In this document: positions 1-11,099 of the stretch, in pieces
Layout of the letters: every line of letters starts with the position of its first letter
Numbering within the stretch: position 1 is the first letter of the stretch
Source of the DNA: an uncultured Actinomycetota bacterium
Lineage (GTDB): Bacteria; Actinomycetota; Actinomycetes; Actinomycetales; Cellulomonadaceae
Assembly: GCA_963837795.1 (NCBI GenBank)
Contig: CAWIOT010000007.1
Location: forward strand, 696,287 to 760,286
Direction of reading: 5' to 3'
DNA length: 64,000 bases
The notes under the pieces: generated by a model
Database searches by the model: none
What the model was told of the DNA's origin: nothing
Seen by the model: only the letters and a program-made list of their open reading frames with translations
Made by a program: the position numbers and the translations under genes

Positions 1-1448
1 CGCTGGCCGAGATCCGGTCCAGCAACTCCCCGAGCAAGGAAGCCCAGCTGCAGCAGCGCACCGAGCTGCTCCACCTCGACGTCCCGCCCGCCCTGCGCTA
101 CTTCATCTGGCTCGGCGGGGCCGTCAAGTGCGTGGTGCCGTTCGTCGGGCAGTGCGACCTCGGGGTCACGCTCCAGAACCAGCCGGTCACCGCCGCGCTC
201 TCGTCGGCCATCCCGACCACGCTGCAGCTGGTGACGACGGCGGCGCTGCTGGCCATCCTGTTCGGCGTGACCATCGGTGTGATCACCGCGCTGCGGCAGT
301 ACAGCACGCTGGACTACTCGGTCACGTTCATCACGTTCCTGTTCTTCTCGCTCCCGGTGTTCTGGGTCGCGGTCCTGCTCAAGGAGTTCGGGGCCATCGG
401 CTTCAACGACTTCCTGCGGGACCCGTTCATCGCCAACGGCACGATCATCGTCATCTCGTTGATCACCGCCCTGGTGTGGACCGTGATCATCGCCGGGAGC
501 CTGCGACGGCGGCTCCTGACCTTCGGCATCGCCGCCGTGGTCACCGCGCTCGTCCTGTACTACCTGTCGGTGACGCGCTGGTTCACCACCCCGTCGCTGG
601 GTGTCGTCGTCATCACGGTCACCGGCATCGCCGCCGCCTACGGCTTCACGGTCCTGTTCGCCGGCCTGCAGAACCGCCGGGCCCTGTACTCGTGCTTCAT
701 CACGGTCGGCATCGGGCTCGTCGCGTACTTCGCGCTGCAGCCGCTGCTGGACGACGCGAACCTGTGGCTCATCGTCGGCCTCGGCCTGCTGGCCATCGGC
801 GTGGGGATCGGCGTCGGCTACCTCATGGGCGGCTACGACCGTGGCCAGTCGATGAAGGCCGCGGCGCTGACCAGCTTACCGTGGTCGCGTTCCTCATCCT
901 GCTCGACCGCTACATGCAGTCGTGGCCGGCGTACATGGCCGAACCCCCGCATCCGGAACCGGCCGATCGCGACGATCGGTGCCGAGACGCCGAACCTCAA
1001 CGGCGACTTCTGGATCACCGGGATCGACAAGTACACCCACCTGATCCTCCCGACCATCGCGCTGATCCTCATCTCGCTCGCCTCGTACACGCGGTACTCG
1101 CGGGCGTCGATGCTCGAGGTGATGGGCCAGGACTACGTCCGCACCGCGCGGGCCAAGGGCCTGTCCGAGCGGGTCGTGGTCACGCGGCACGCGTTCCGCA
1201 ACGCGATGATCCCGCTGGCCACGATCGTGGCCATCGACATCGGTGGCCTGATCGGTGGCGCCGTGATCACCGAGAACGTGTTCTCGTTCAAGGGCATGGG
1301 GCAGCTGTTCCTCACCGGCCTGAGGAGCGTGGACCCCAACCCCGTCATGGGCGTGTTCCTGGTCACCGGCATCACCGCTGTGGTGTTCAACCTGCTGGCC
1401 GACCTCACGTACTCGGCCCTCGACCCGAGAGTGAGGGTGAAGGCATGA
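1..1448 (+). CDS. ABC transporter permease (OppB/DppB type), 5'-partial
   Basis: The frame of ORF 132..1448 is open back to nt 3 (LAEIRSSNSPSKEAQLQQRTELLHLDVPPALRYFIWLGG...), so the gene starts upstream of the window. It has multiple TM spans, the conserved loop YVRTARAKGLSERVVVTRHAFRNAMIPL and the C-terminal LADLTYSALDPRVR. Stop TGA 1446-1448 overlaps the next ATG (ATGA). Codons around 873-948 look locally out of frame (see findings). Confidence 0.9.
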   Translation, partial: LAEIRSSNSPSKEAQLQQRTELLHLDVPPALRYFIWLGGAVKCVVPFVGQCDLGVTLQNQPVTAALSSAIPTTLQLVTTAALLAILFGVTIGVITALRQYSTLDYSVTFITFLFFSLPVFWVAVLLKEFGAIGFNDFLRDPFIANGTIIVISLITALVWTVIIAGSLRRRLLTFGIAAVVTALVLYYLSVTRWFTTPSLGVVVITVTGIAAAYGFTVLFAGLQNRRALYSCFITVGIGLVAYFALQPLLDDANLWLIVGLGLLAIGVGIGVGYLMGGYDRGQSMKAAALTSLPWSRSSSCSTATCSRGRRTWPNPRIRNRPIATIGAETPNLNGDFWITGIDKYTHLILPTIALILISLASYTRYSRASMLEVMGQDYVRTARAKGLSERVVVTRHAFRNAMIPLATIVAIDIGGLIGGAVITENVFSFKGMGQLFLTGLRSVDPNPVMGVFLVTGITAVVFNLLADLTYSALDPRVRVKA

Positions 1449-2575
1449 CCGGCATCCTGGAGAACACGGCGGACGTCCCGCCGAACGAGACCCCCGAGGA
1501 GCCCGGCGAGGTCAAGGGCCTGAGCCAGGGCCGCATCGTCCTCAGGCGGTTCTTCGGCCACTCGGGCGCGGTCGTCAGCATCGTCGTCCTGCTGGGCATC
1601 CTGGTGCTGGCCGTCACCGCGATCGGGCTCGGACCGATCCCCGGCTGGTGGAAGTACACCTACCGGCAGACGCCGCCCCTCATGGACGGCGGTCAGCCGA
1701 CGCTGCAGCTCTTCCCGTTCTCGATGGGGGAGCACCCGTTCGGGCAGGACCGCGTGGGCCGCGACATGTTCGCCATGGTCATGCGCGGGACGCAGATCTC
1801 GATGGCGATCATGGTCATGGTCGGCGCGATCGCCGCCCTGGTCGGCGTGCTCATCGGCTCGTCGGCGGGGTTCTTCCGCGGCAAGACCGAGGCCGTGCTG
1901 ATGCGGTTCACCGACATGATCATCATCATCCCGGCGCTGATCGCGGCCGCCGTCGTGGCGAACTCCGCCAAGAGCGTCGTGGCGCTGGGGATCTTCCTCG
2001 GCCTGGTGTCCTGGACCGGGATGGCCCGCCTGGTACGTGGCGACTTCCTCACCCTGCGCGAGCGTGAGTTCGTCGACGCGGCGCGTCTGGCGGGGGCGTC
2101 CAACCGCCGGATCATCTTCAAGCACATCCTGCCGAACGCGGTCGGCGTCATCACGGTGAACACCACGCTGCTCATGTCGGCGGCGATCCTCACCGAGACG
2201 GCGCTGAGCTACGTCGGCCTCGGCGTGAAGTCCCCGGACGTGTCCCTGGGGTCGCTCATCAGCGCCAACCAGGCGGCGTTCGCCACCCGGCCGTGGCTGT
2301 TCTGGTGGCCCGGCATCTTCATCGTGATCATCTGCCTGACGATCAACTTCATCGGCGACGGGCTGCGGGACGCGTTCGACCCGCGGCAGAAGAAGATCGC
2401 GCTGCGCCGGGTCAAGGAGACGCGCAACCGTCCGGACCTGTACCCGGGCATGCAGTCGGCCGGGCCGGGGTCGAGCCGACCGTCCACCTCGGTCGCGGCG
2501 GGCGGTCTCGACGAGCCGCTCGACGAGCCGCGGGGGATGGGCGAGGGCAACGACGACAGCGAGGGTCGGCGGTGA
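1445..2575 (+). CDS. ABC transporter permease (OppC/DppC type) with a ~60-aa low-complexity C-terminal tail
   Basis: ATG 1445 lies inside the artefactual long ORF 128..2575. Sequence starts MTGILENTADV... and has TM spans. OppC-like motifs are FVDAARLAGASNRRIIFKHILPN and INFIGDGLRDAFDPR. GC3 is high. Confidence 0.9.
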   Translation: MTGILENTADVPPNETPEEPGEVKGLSQGRIVLRRFFGHSGAVVSIVVLLGILVLAVTAIGLGPIPGWWKYTYRQTPPLMDGGQPTLQLFPFSMGEHPFGQDRVGRDMFAMVMRGTQISMAIMVMVGAIAALVGVLIGSSAGFFRGKTEAVLMRFTDMIIIIPALIAAAVVANSAKSVVALGIFLGLVSWTGMARLVRGDFLTLREREFVDAARLAGASNRRIIFKHILPNAVGVITVNTTLLMSAAILTETALSYVGLGVKSPDVSLGSLISANQAAFATRPWLFWWPGIFIVIICLTINFIGDGLRDAFDPRQKKIALRRVKETRNRPDLYPGMQSAGPGSSRPSTSVAAGGLDEPLDEPRGMGEGNDDSEGRR

Positions 2576-2577
2576 CG

Positions 2578-3198
2578 TCAGGTCAGCGCCACGACCAGCA
2601 CGCCGACGGCCGCGACGGCCAGCAGGGCGATCGCCGGCAGGTTCCAGCGGGTGATCACCGGCGTCTCGTCGGCGACACCGATCGGCAGCCGCTCGTCCTC
2701 GACCAGGTGCTCCCAGCGGCGACGCACCAGGGCCGCGACCTGACCGGACGGTGCGCTGGGCAGGTCACCGATGGCGACGGAGCCGCGCGCGTCGCGGGCC
2801 GTCCGGGGCATCCCGGCCAGCTGGTCGTTCCCTGCGGTGACCACCTGGTGCCGGCCGGGCCCGGGCGCAGCCCACGCCCGGTAGCGCCCGCCGGGGGTGA
2901 CCAGGCTCAGCGAGTACTGCGTCTCCACCTGGATGAGGGCGGCCCACGGCACGTGGACGGTGCGCAGCGGGTTGACCAGGGTCACCCCGGCGTCGGTGAC
3001 GTCCACGCGCGGGTGCCAGAACACCAGCCAGGCCAGCAGACCCAGGCCCAGCGCTACCGGCAGTGCGCGCAGCACCGCGTCCGCGCCGTCCTCGAACCCT
3101 CGTGCGGCCGTCAGACCCGCGATCACCGCCCACGAGGCGGTCGTCGACACATATCTGCTGCGCGGCCTGTAGGACAGGTCGCCACTCTCGGCACGCAT
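2578..3198 (-). CDS. PH-domain (bacterial PH, bPH_6-like) membrane protein
   Basis: 206-aa ORF with consistently high GC3 and two N-terminal and one C-terminal hydrophobic spans. The core WHPRVDVTDAGVTLVNPLRTVHVPWAALIQVE resembles actinobacterial bacterial-PH proteins (CFP-6 type). It lies antisense between the permease and ATPase genes. Confidence 0.7.
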   Translation of the reverse strand: MRAESGDLSYRPRSRYVSTTASWAVIAGLTAARGFEDGADAVLRALPVALGLGLLAWLVFWHPRVDVTDAGVTLVNPLRTVHVPWAALIQVETQYSLSLVTPGGRYRAWAAPGPGRHQVVTAGNDQLAGMPRTARDARGSVAIGDLPSAPSGQVAALVRRRWEHLVEDERLPIGVADETPVITRWNLPAIALLAVAAVGVLVVALT

Positions 3199-3224
3199 GC
3201 CCGCATGATCTCAGGAGTCACACG

Positions 3225-5027
3225 ATGACCGATACGACCACCCAGGACGCACCCGTCCTCCAGGTCACCGACCTGTCCGTCGACTTCGCCGTGGACAAGA
3301 AGTGGGTCCCCGCGGCCATCGACGTCAGCTACGAGGTCCGCGCCGGCGAGGTCCTCGCCATCGTCGGCGAGTCCGGCTCGGGCAAGTCCGTCAGCTCGAT
3401 GGCGCTGCTGGGCCTGCTGCCCAAGAACGCGCGCGTCACCGGCAGCATCAAGCTCATGGGCCAGGAGATGAGCGACATGTCGTCGTCCCGGGTCCGAGAG
3501 ATCCGCGGCAACGACATCGCGATGATCTTCCAGGAGCCGATGACGGCCCTGAACCCGGTCTACACGATCGGCAACCAGATCATCGAGGCGCTGCGCCTGC
3601 ACAACATGATGTCCCCGACGCAGGCCCGCGACCGTGCGCTCGAGCTGCTGTCGATGGTGGAGCTGCCGGACCCGCTCAAGGCCTTCAACTCCTACCCGCA
3701 CCAGCTGTCGGGTGGGCAGCGGCAGCGCGCGATGATCGCGCAGTCGCTGTCCAACGACCCGGTGCTGCTCATCGCGGACGAGCCGACGACGGCCCTCGAC
3801 GTGACGGTGCAGGCCGAGATCCTCGACCTGATGCGCAACCTGCGTGACCACCTGAACTCGGCCGTCATCCTCATCACGCACGACATGGGCGTGGTGGCGG
3901 ACCTGTCGGACCGCATCGCGGTGATGCGCCGCGGCCTGATCGTCGAGACCGGGACGGCCCGGCAGATCTTCAGCGACCCGCAGCACCCGTACACGCAGGA
4001 GCTGCTCGCCGCGGTGCCGCACCTCGGTGCCGCGGACGAGTCGGGCGAGGAGATCGACCTCACGGCCGCGCTGGCCGCGGCCACGGGCCGGGACCGCGCG
4101 GGCTCCGCGGACGCCGAGGAGCTCGCGCGCCGCGAGGCCGCGAACAAGACCGCGGCCGAGTCGGCGCACCGTGCACGCCGGGCCGCCGAGGTGGAGGGGA
4201 CCGCCCCGATCCTCGAGCTGGTGGACGTGGCGATCGAGTACCCGAAGCAGGGCCGCATGCCGGCCTTCCGCGCGGTCGAGGGTGCCAACCTGGTCATCCG
4301 GCCCGGCGAGGTCGTCGGCCTGGTGGGGGAGTCCGGCTCGGGCAAGACGACGATCGGACGCGCCGCGGTGGGTCTGCTGCCCGTGGTCGAGGGCACGCTC
4401 ACGGTGGCGGGCGTCGAGCTGACCAAGCGCGACGCCAAGAAGCTGCGCTCGCTGCGGCGCAAGGTCGGCATGGTGTTCCAGGACCCGTCGTCCTCGCTCA
4501 ACCCCCGGTTGCCCGTCGGCGAGAGCATCGGCGAGCCGATGTTCCTGGCGGGGATCGCCAAGGGGGACGCGCTGCAGAAGAAGATCGAGGAGCTGCTCGA
4601 CCAGGTGCAGCTGCCGCGCAGCTACCGCAACCGCTACCCGCACGAGCTGTCGGGCGGCCAGAAGCAGCGCGTCGGCATCGCCCGCGCGATCTCGCTGTCG
4701 CCCGAGCTCCTGGTGGCCGACGAGCCGACGTCCGCCCTGGACGTCTCGGTGCAGGCGACGGTCCTCGAGCTGCTCCAGGACCTGCAGTCGCGGCTGAAGT
4801 TCGCGTGCCTGTTCGTCACGCACGACCTCGCGGTGGTCGACGTGCTGGCCGACCGGATCGCGGTCATGCGACGCGGCGTCATCGTCGAGCAGGGCACGCG
4901 CGACGCGATCCTGCGCAACCCGCAGGAGGCGTACACGCAGCGGCTGATCGCCGCCGTGCCGCTGCCGGACCCGGACAAGCAGCGGGAGCGCCGCGAGCTG
5001 CGGTCGCTGCTCCTCGAGCGGTCCTGA
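3225..5027 (+). CDS. ABC transporter ATP-binding protein, duplicated ATPase (OppD/OppF fusion type)
   Basis: ATG 3225 is preceded by AGGAG (3213-3217). There are two Walker A motifs (GESGSGKS, GESGSGKT), two signature motifs (LSGGQRQR, LSGGQKQR) and two Walker B motifs (LLIADEPT, LLVADEPT). Confidence 0.95.
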   Translation: MTDTTTQDAPVLQVTDLSVDFAVDKKWVPAAIDVSYEVRAGEVLAIVGESGSGKSVSSMALLGLLPKNARVTGSIKLMGQEMSDMSSSRVREIRGNDIAMIFQEPMTALNPVYTIGNQIIEALRLHNMMSPTQARDRALELLSMVELPDPLKAFNSYPHQLSGGQRQRAMIAQSLSNDPVLLIADEPTTALDVTVQAEILDLMRNLRDHLNSAVILITHDMGVVADLSDRIAVMRRGLIVETGTARQIFSDPQHPYTQELLAAVPHLGAADESGEEIDLTAALAAATGRDRAGSADAEELARREAANKTAAESAHRARRAAEVEGTAPILELVDVAIEYPKQGRMPAFRAVEGANLVIRPGEVVGLVGESGSGKTTIGRAAVGLLPVVEGTLTVAGVELTKRDAKKLRSLRRKVGMVFQDPSSSLNPRLPVGESIGEPMFLAGIAKGDALQKKIEELLDQVQLPRSYRNRYPHELSGGQKQRVGIARAISLSPELLVADEPTSALDVSVQATVLELLQDLQSRLKFACLFVTHDLAVVDVLADRIAVMRRGVIVEQGTRDAILRNPQEAYTQRLIAAVPLPDPDKQRERRELRSLLLERS

Positions 5028-5045
5028 CCGCGACACCCCGACGGA

Positions 5046-5087
5046 CCACGCGGGCCCGGCTCCAGCGGTGCGGCCGGGCCCGCGTGG
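5046..5087 (+). terminator. Strong intercistronic hairpin (perfect 15-bp GC-rich stem, 12-nt loop) between the opp ATPase and the binding-protein gene
   Basis: CCACGCGGGCCCGGC (5046-5060) pairs perfectly with GCCGGGCCCGCGTGG (5073-5087). There is no U tract. Confidence 0.6.
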
Positions 5088-5196
5088 CGTCCGGCCCGTG
5101 GACCAGATGTCCGGCAGGGTTCAGATGCGGGTGAGATCGACCGATATCGCTCGCATGGGCGGTTCGTCCGGTGGTGGTGCGCGAGCGGAGGTCGTG

Positions 5197-7008
5197 GTGC
5201 GTCGTAGGTGGCTGGCAGTGGCGGGGACCGTGGGGGCGCTCGCGCTGGTGTCGGCGTGCACCACGTCGGAACCCGCGCCCGTGCGCACCGACACGATGGT
5301 GGTCGCCGTCGAGGCACCGTTCGCCTCGCTCAACGCGGGCACGCCCGACGGTCGCACCCCGGGCAGCACGCTCGTGCGCTCGCTGGTGCAGGCGGGCTTC
5401 GTCTCCGTCGACGAGGACGGCGCAGCGGTGCCCGACGAGGCGTTCGGCACCGTGGAGAAGGTCAGCGACGCGCCCCTGACCGTGCGCTACACGATCGCGC
5501 CGGAGGCCACGTGGTCGGACGGCACACCCGTGACGCCGGACGACCTGCTGCTCGAGTGGGCGGCCCGCAGCGGCCAGCTCGACGACGTGCTGCCGGAGCT
5601 CGACGAGCAGGGCGGCGTGGTCAACAACGACGCGCTGGATGCGGGCGTGGCATTCGCGGCGGCGTCGCCCGCGCTCGTGCAGGCCCCGGCCCTGCCCGTC
5701 ATCGAGGGGGCGACGTTCACCCTGACGTATGCGACACCGGTGCCCGACTGGCAGGTGGCGCTCGACGTGAACCTGCCCGCGCACGTGCTGGGGCAGACGG
5801 CGCTGGGCGTCGAGGACCCCGCAGCGGCGGCGGCAGCGGTGACGAAGGCGATCGTCGACGAGGACAAGACCGCCCTGAGCTCGATCTCCGGGGCGTGGCG
5901 GACGGAGTTCGACGCCGACCAGCTGGCGCAGCACGTCGAGGAGGCCGTCACCACCGGGCCGTACGCGGTGGACGCCGTGGAGCCGGGCGGCCGCGTGGAG
6001 CTGGTCCGCAACGACGAGTACCAGGGCGCGCACCCGGCCGCCTACGAGCGGGTGGTGGTCCGCAGCGACCTCGACCCCTTGGCGCAGGTCGACGCGCTGG
6101 CGGCCGGGAGGGTCGACGTGGTGGCCCCCGCCGACACCACCGACGTGCTCGAGGCGCTGGCCGACGTCAGCGGGGCCGACGTGCGCACCGGTGGTGACAG
6201 CACGCTGCAGCTGCAGCTCCAGGCGGCGGGTGGCGGGCCGTTCGACCCCGCCTCGTACGGGGGGGACGCCGCGGTGGCGTCGGCCGTCCGCCAGGCGTTC
6301 CTGCGCACCGTGCCGCGGGACGCGGTGGTCGCGAACGTCGTCGCGCCCCTGTGGCCGCAGGCGAGCGTCGCCGCGGCGCTCCTGCCGTCGGTCGGTCCCG
6401 ACGCCGGCGGCGACGTGGCGCCCAGCGGGCCGGCCGACATCGCGGAGGCGCGGCGGCTCCTGTCGGGTGCCGGCGTGACCGGTCCGGTGGTCGTCCGCGT
6501 GCTGACCAACACGGTCGACCCCGTGCGCGCCAGGATCCTGGCGCTGATCACGGCGTCGGCGGCGGACGCCGGCTTCGAGGTCGAGGAGTACACGCCGGTC
6601 GACGGCCTGGGCCCCGACCTCGCCGGGGCGGCCGACGCGTGGGACGCCGCACTCGTGCCGGTGTCGCAGGCGGGGCTGCCGGTGGACTCGGTGGTGTCGC
6701 GGTGGCGCACGGGTGGGACGGCGAACGTGACCGGGTGGACCGACGCGGCGACCGACGCGGCCGTCGGCGCGCTCGCGCAGACGCTGGACCCGGCCGCCGT
6801 CGAGGACCAGCTCGCCGCCGTCGCGCAGAGCCTGGACGCCGGCGGCGCGGTGCTCTCGCTGGTGCGGCAGCCGGTGGTCGTCGCCACCCGCGGCTCGGCC
6901 GCGCCGACCGCGGGGAGCACCCCGGCGGCGCCGGACGTGCAGCCGCTCCCGCTCGGGCGGGCGGACCTCACGTCCTGGTGGGAGTGGGCGCGCACGTCGA
7001 AGGGATGA
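5197..7008 (+). CDS. ABC transporter substrate-binding lipoprotein (family 5, peptide/nickel type)
   Basis: The frame of ORF 5068..7008. I prefer GTG 5197 (GGAGG at 5187-5191), which gives the signal peptide VRRRWLAVAGTVGALALVSAC with a lipobox Cys. The earlier starts at 5068 and 5155 lie in or next to a 15-bp-stem hairpin. The gene is last in a B-C-D-A order, as in mycobacterial opp. Confidence 0.8.
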   Translation: MRRRWLAVAGTVGALALVSACTTSEPAPVRTDTMVVAVEAPFASLNAGTPDGRTPGSTLVRSLVQAGFVSVDEDGAAVPDEAFGTVEKVSDAPLTVRYTIAPEATWSDGTPVTPDDLLLEWAARSGQLDDVLPELDEQGGVVNNDALDAGVAFAAASPALVQAPALPVIEGATFTLTYATPVPDWQVALDVNLPAHVLGQTALGVEDPAAAAAAVTKAIVDEDKTALSSISGAWRTEFDADQLAQHVEEAVTTGPYAVDAVEPGGRVELVRNDEYQGAHPAAYERVVVRSDLDPLAQVDALAAGRVDVVAPADTTDVLEALADVSGADVRTGGDSTLQLQLQAAGGGPFDPASYGGDAAVASAVRQAFLRTVPRDAVVANVVAPLWPQASVAAALLPSVGPDAGGDVAPSGPADIAEARRLLSGAGVTGPVVVRVLTNTVDPVRARILALITASAADAGFEVEEYTPVDGLGPDLAGAADAWDAALVPVSQAGLPVDSVVSRWRTGGTANVTGWTDAATDAAVGALAQTLDPAAVEDQLAAVAQSLDAGGAVLSLVRQPVVVATRGSAAPTAGSTPAAPDVQPLPLGRADLTSWWEWARTSKG

Positions 7009-7125
7009 CCGTCGCGTCGCTGGTGGCACTGGTCACCTTCTGAACGGCGGGGACGGCGGGCGGGTAGACTTGATCGTCGCGGCCGACGACTCGGCGCGAT
7101 CCCCACCTTCTGAGATGAGTTCCCC

Positions 7126-9084
<1,959 letters not shown>

Positions 9085-9101
9085 CCCAGCGGGATCCCGA
9101 G

Positions 9102-10061
9102 GTGACACCGTCCGCCGGCGGACTCGTCGCGGTGCACGCGCACCCCGACGACGAGTCGCTCACCACGGGTGCGCTGCTGGCCACGTGGGCCGCCTCCGGG
9201 CGTCCGGTCACCGTGGTCACGTGCACGCGGGGTGAGCGCGGCGAGGTCATCGGCGAGCGGCTGGCCCACCTCGAGGGGGACGGGCCGGCGCTCGCCGAGC
9301 ACCGCGACCACGAGCTGGGTCGCGCGCTGGCCGCCCTCGGCGTGCGGGACCGCGGCTTCCTCGACACCATCCCCGGCGGCTCGGACGGGCGCTTCGAGGA
9401 CTCGGGGATGGCGTGGGTGGGCGTCGGCCGCGCCGGCCGCCTGGACGACGTGCCTCCCGGGGCGTTCGTCACCGTCGGTCTGGAGGAGGCGGCCGAGCGG
9501 CTGGCGCGGGTGATCCGCGCGCGCCGTCCGGACGCCGTCGTCACGTACGAGCCGGGCGGCGGCTACGGCCATCCCGACCACGTCCGCACGCACGAGGTGA
9601 CGCAGTGGGCGGTGGACTTCGCAGCCTCCCGCCCGGACGACGCCTCGCCGGCGTTCGCCGTCCCGGTCGTCCTGTGGTCCGTCCAGCGGCGCCTGGGTCT
9701 GCAGCGGGGGATGCACGAGCTGGCCGGGGACACCGTCCTGGCGGCGCTGGGCTCCCTGCGCGACGAGCTCGAGCTGCCGGACCCCACGGCCGAGCTGCCG
9801 TCCGTCGCGGTCACCGACGACGAGATCGACCTCGAGGTGGACGTCCGCCCGGTGCGTGACCGGGTGCTCGGTGCGCTGCGCGCGCACGTCTCGCAGGTGC
9901 AGGCCGTCCGGGTGATCGACGACGACCCGGCCCTCGTCGGCTGCTACGCGCTGAGCAACCGCGTCCTGGCGCCCGTGCTGCCCACCGAGTGGTACCGCCG
10001 CGGCACCGGTGGCTCGGGCGCCGACGTCGTGTGGCCCGCCGGCGTGCGGCCGGTAGCGTGA
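9102..10061 (+). CDS. mshB: N-acetyl-1-D-myo-inositol-2-amino-2-deoxy-alpha-D-glucopyranoside deacetylase (LmbE/PIG-L family)
   Basis: GTG 9102 lies 17 nt after the typA stop. It carries the AHPDDE motif, HPDH, and a C-terminal region typical of actinobacterial MshB. Confidence 0.85.
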   Translation: MTPSAGGLVAVHAHPDDESLTTGALLATWAASGRPVTVVTCTRGERGEVIGERLAHLEGDGPALAEHRDHELGRALAALGVRDRGFLDTIPGGSDGRFEDSGMAWVGVGRAGRLDDVPPGAFVTVGLEEAAERLARVIRARRPDAVVTYEPGGGYGHPDHVRTHEVTQWAVDFAASRPDDASPAFAVPVVLWSVQRRLGLQRGMHELAGDTVLAALGSLRDELELPDPTAELPSVAVTDDEIDLEVDVRPVRDRVLGALRAHVSQVQAVRVIDDDPALVGCYALSNRVLAPVLPTEWYRRGTGGSGADVVWPAGVRPVA

Positions 10062-10486
10062 CGGGCGTGCAGCGCCTCCCCGCCCGTGCGATCGGCACGA
10101 CCGCCCTCGCCCTCGGGCTGGGTGTGCTGGTCGGGGCCCTCGGCACCGTGATGCACCGCAGCATCGAGCCCTGGGGTGTCGTCCTGTGCCTCGCGCTGGC
10201 GTTCGCCGCCGCGCTGACCGCGCGGGCGTTCGGCGGCTACCTCGCGCTGGCCGGCTATGCGGTGGGTCTCTTCGCGACCGTGCAGCTCCTGTCCCGGTCC
10301 GGTCCCGGCGGCGACACCCTGGTGCCGGACGGCCAGGCCGTCGGCTGGGTGTGGGTGCTCGGCTCGCTCGTGGTGACGATCGCGGTCGGCGTCCTGCCGC
10401 GCGCGCTGTTCGACGACCGCCCCCGTGCGCGGCGGGCCGGCTCCGACGCTGCGGGCGCCGCGGACCCGGTCGACACGGCGCCGTGA
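10058..10486 (+). CDS. Small polytopic membrane protein (DUF6113-like, commonly follows mshB)
   Basis: GTG 10058 overlaps the mshB stop (GTGA). It has four hydrophobic spans and high GC3. Confidence 0.7.
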   Translation: MTGVQRLPARAIGTTALALGLGVLVGALGTVMHRSIEPWGVVLCLALAFAAALTARAFGGYLALAGYAVGLFATVQLLSRSGPGGDTLVPDGQAVGWVWVLGSLVVTIAVGVLPRALFDDRPRARRAGSDAAGAADPVDTAP

Positions 10487-10977
10487 CCGACGCCGCCTCC
10501 CCGGACGCGTTCCGCTCCGCGGTCGGACGGCTCCCCGCCGGTGTCGCCGTCATCACGCTGCGGTGGCGCGGCCTGCTGCACGCCATGACGGCCAGCGCGG
10601 TCGCGTCCGTGTCGCTGGACCCGCCGATGCTGCTGTTCTGCGTGCACACCGACGCACGGTTCCGGGACGCGCTCGACGCCGTGGACGGCTGGTCCGTGAG
10701 CATCCTGTCGGACGAGCAGGCCGCGACCGCCGACTGGCTCGCCTCCCCGGGCCGCCCGGCGATCGACCAGCTGGCGCGCGTCCCGCACCGGCCCGCCACC
10801 TCCACCGACGCCGTCTGGGTCGACGGCGCGGCCGCGTGGTTCGACTGCACCACCGCGTCCGTGCACCGGGCCGGGGACCACGACATCGTCGTCGGCACCG
10901 TGCTGACCGCCGCCCAGGGCGACGCCCACGCCGGCGGGCTCGTGCACCTGCGCGGGCGCCTGCGCCCGGTCCGCTGA
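10483..10977 (+). CDS. Flavin reductase family protein
   Basis: GTG 10483 overlaps the upstream stop (GTGA). FRSAVGRLPAGVAVIT...MTASAVASVSLDPPMLLFCV is typical of the flavin reductase-like FMN-binding domain. Confidence 0.8.
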   Translation: MTDAASPDAFRSAVGRLPAGVAVITLRWRGLLHAMTASAVASVSLDPPMLLFCVHTDARFRDALDAVDGWSVSILSDEQAATADWLASPGRPAIDQLARVPHRPATSTDAVWVDGAAAWFDCTTASVHRAGDHDIVVGTVLTAAQGDAHAGGLVHLRGRLRPVR

Positions 10978-11099
10978 CCCCGAGCGGCGCGCCCGGGTGA
11001 GAACCCCGCTCGTTCGGACCGGCGCGCGCAGGACGGTTGCCCCCGGCCCGTAGACTCGCGCGGGCGCGTTCTGCGCGCGTGGAGCAGCAGGGGAGCGGC

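Noticed and set aside
128-2575. 815-aa ORF spanning both permease genes
   Set aside because: Only its second half (from ATG 1445) is real. The first half is the out-of-frame, Arg/Pro/His-rich reading of the OppB-like gene with poor GC3. The exception is the short 875-947 patch discussed in the findings.
5068-5196. Upstream starts (5068, 5155) for the opp binding protein
   Set aside because: Start 5068 lies inside a 15-bp-stem hairpin, and neither start has an SD. GTG 5197 has GGAGG and yields a canonical lipoprotein signal peptide.
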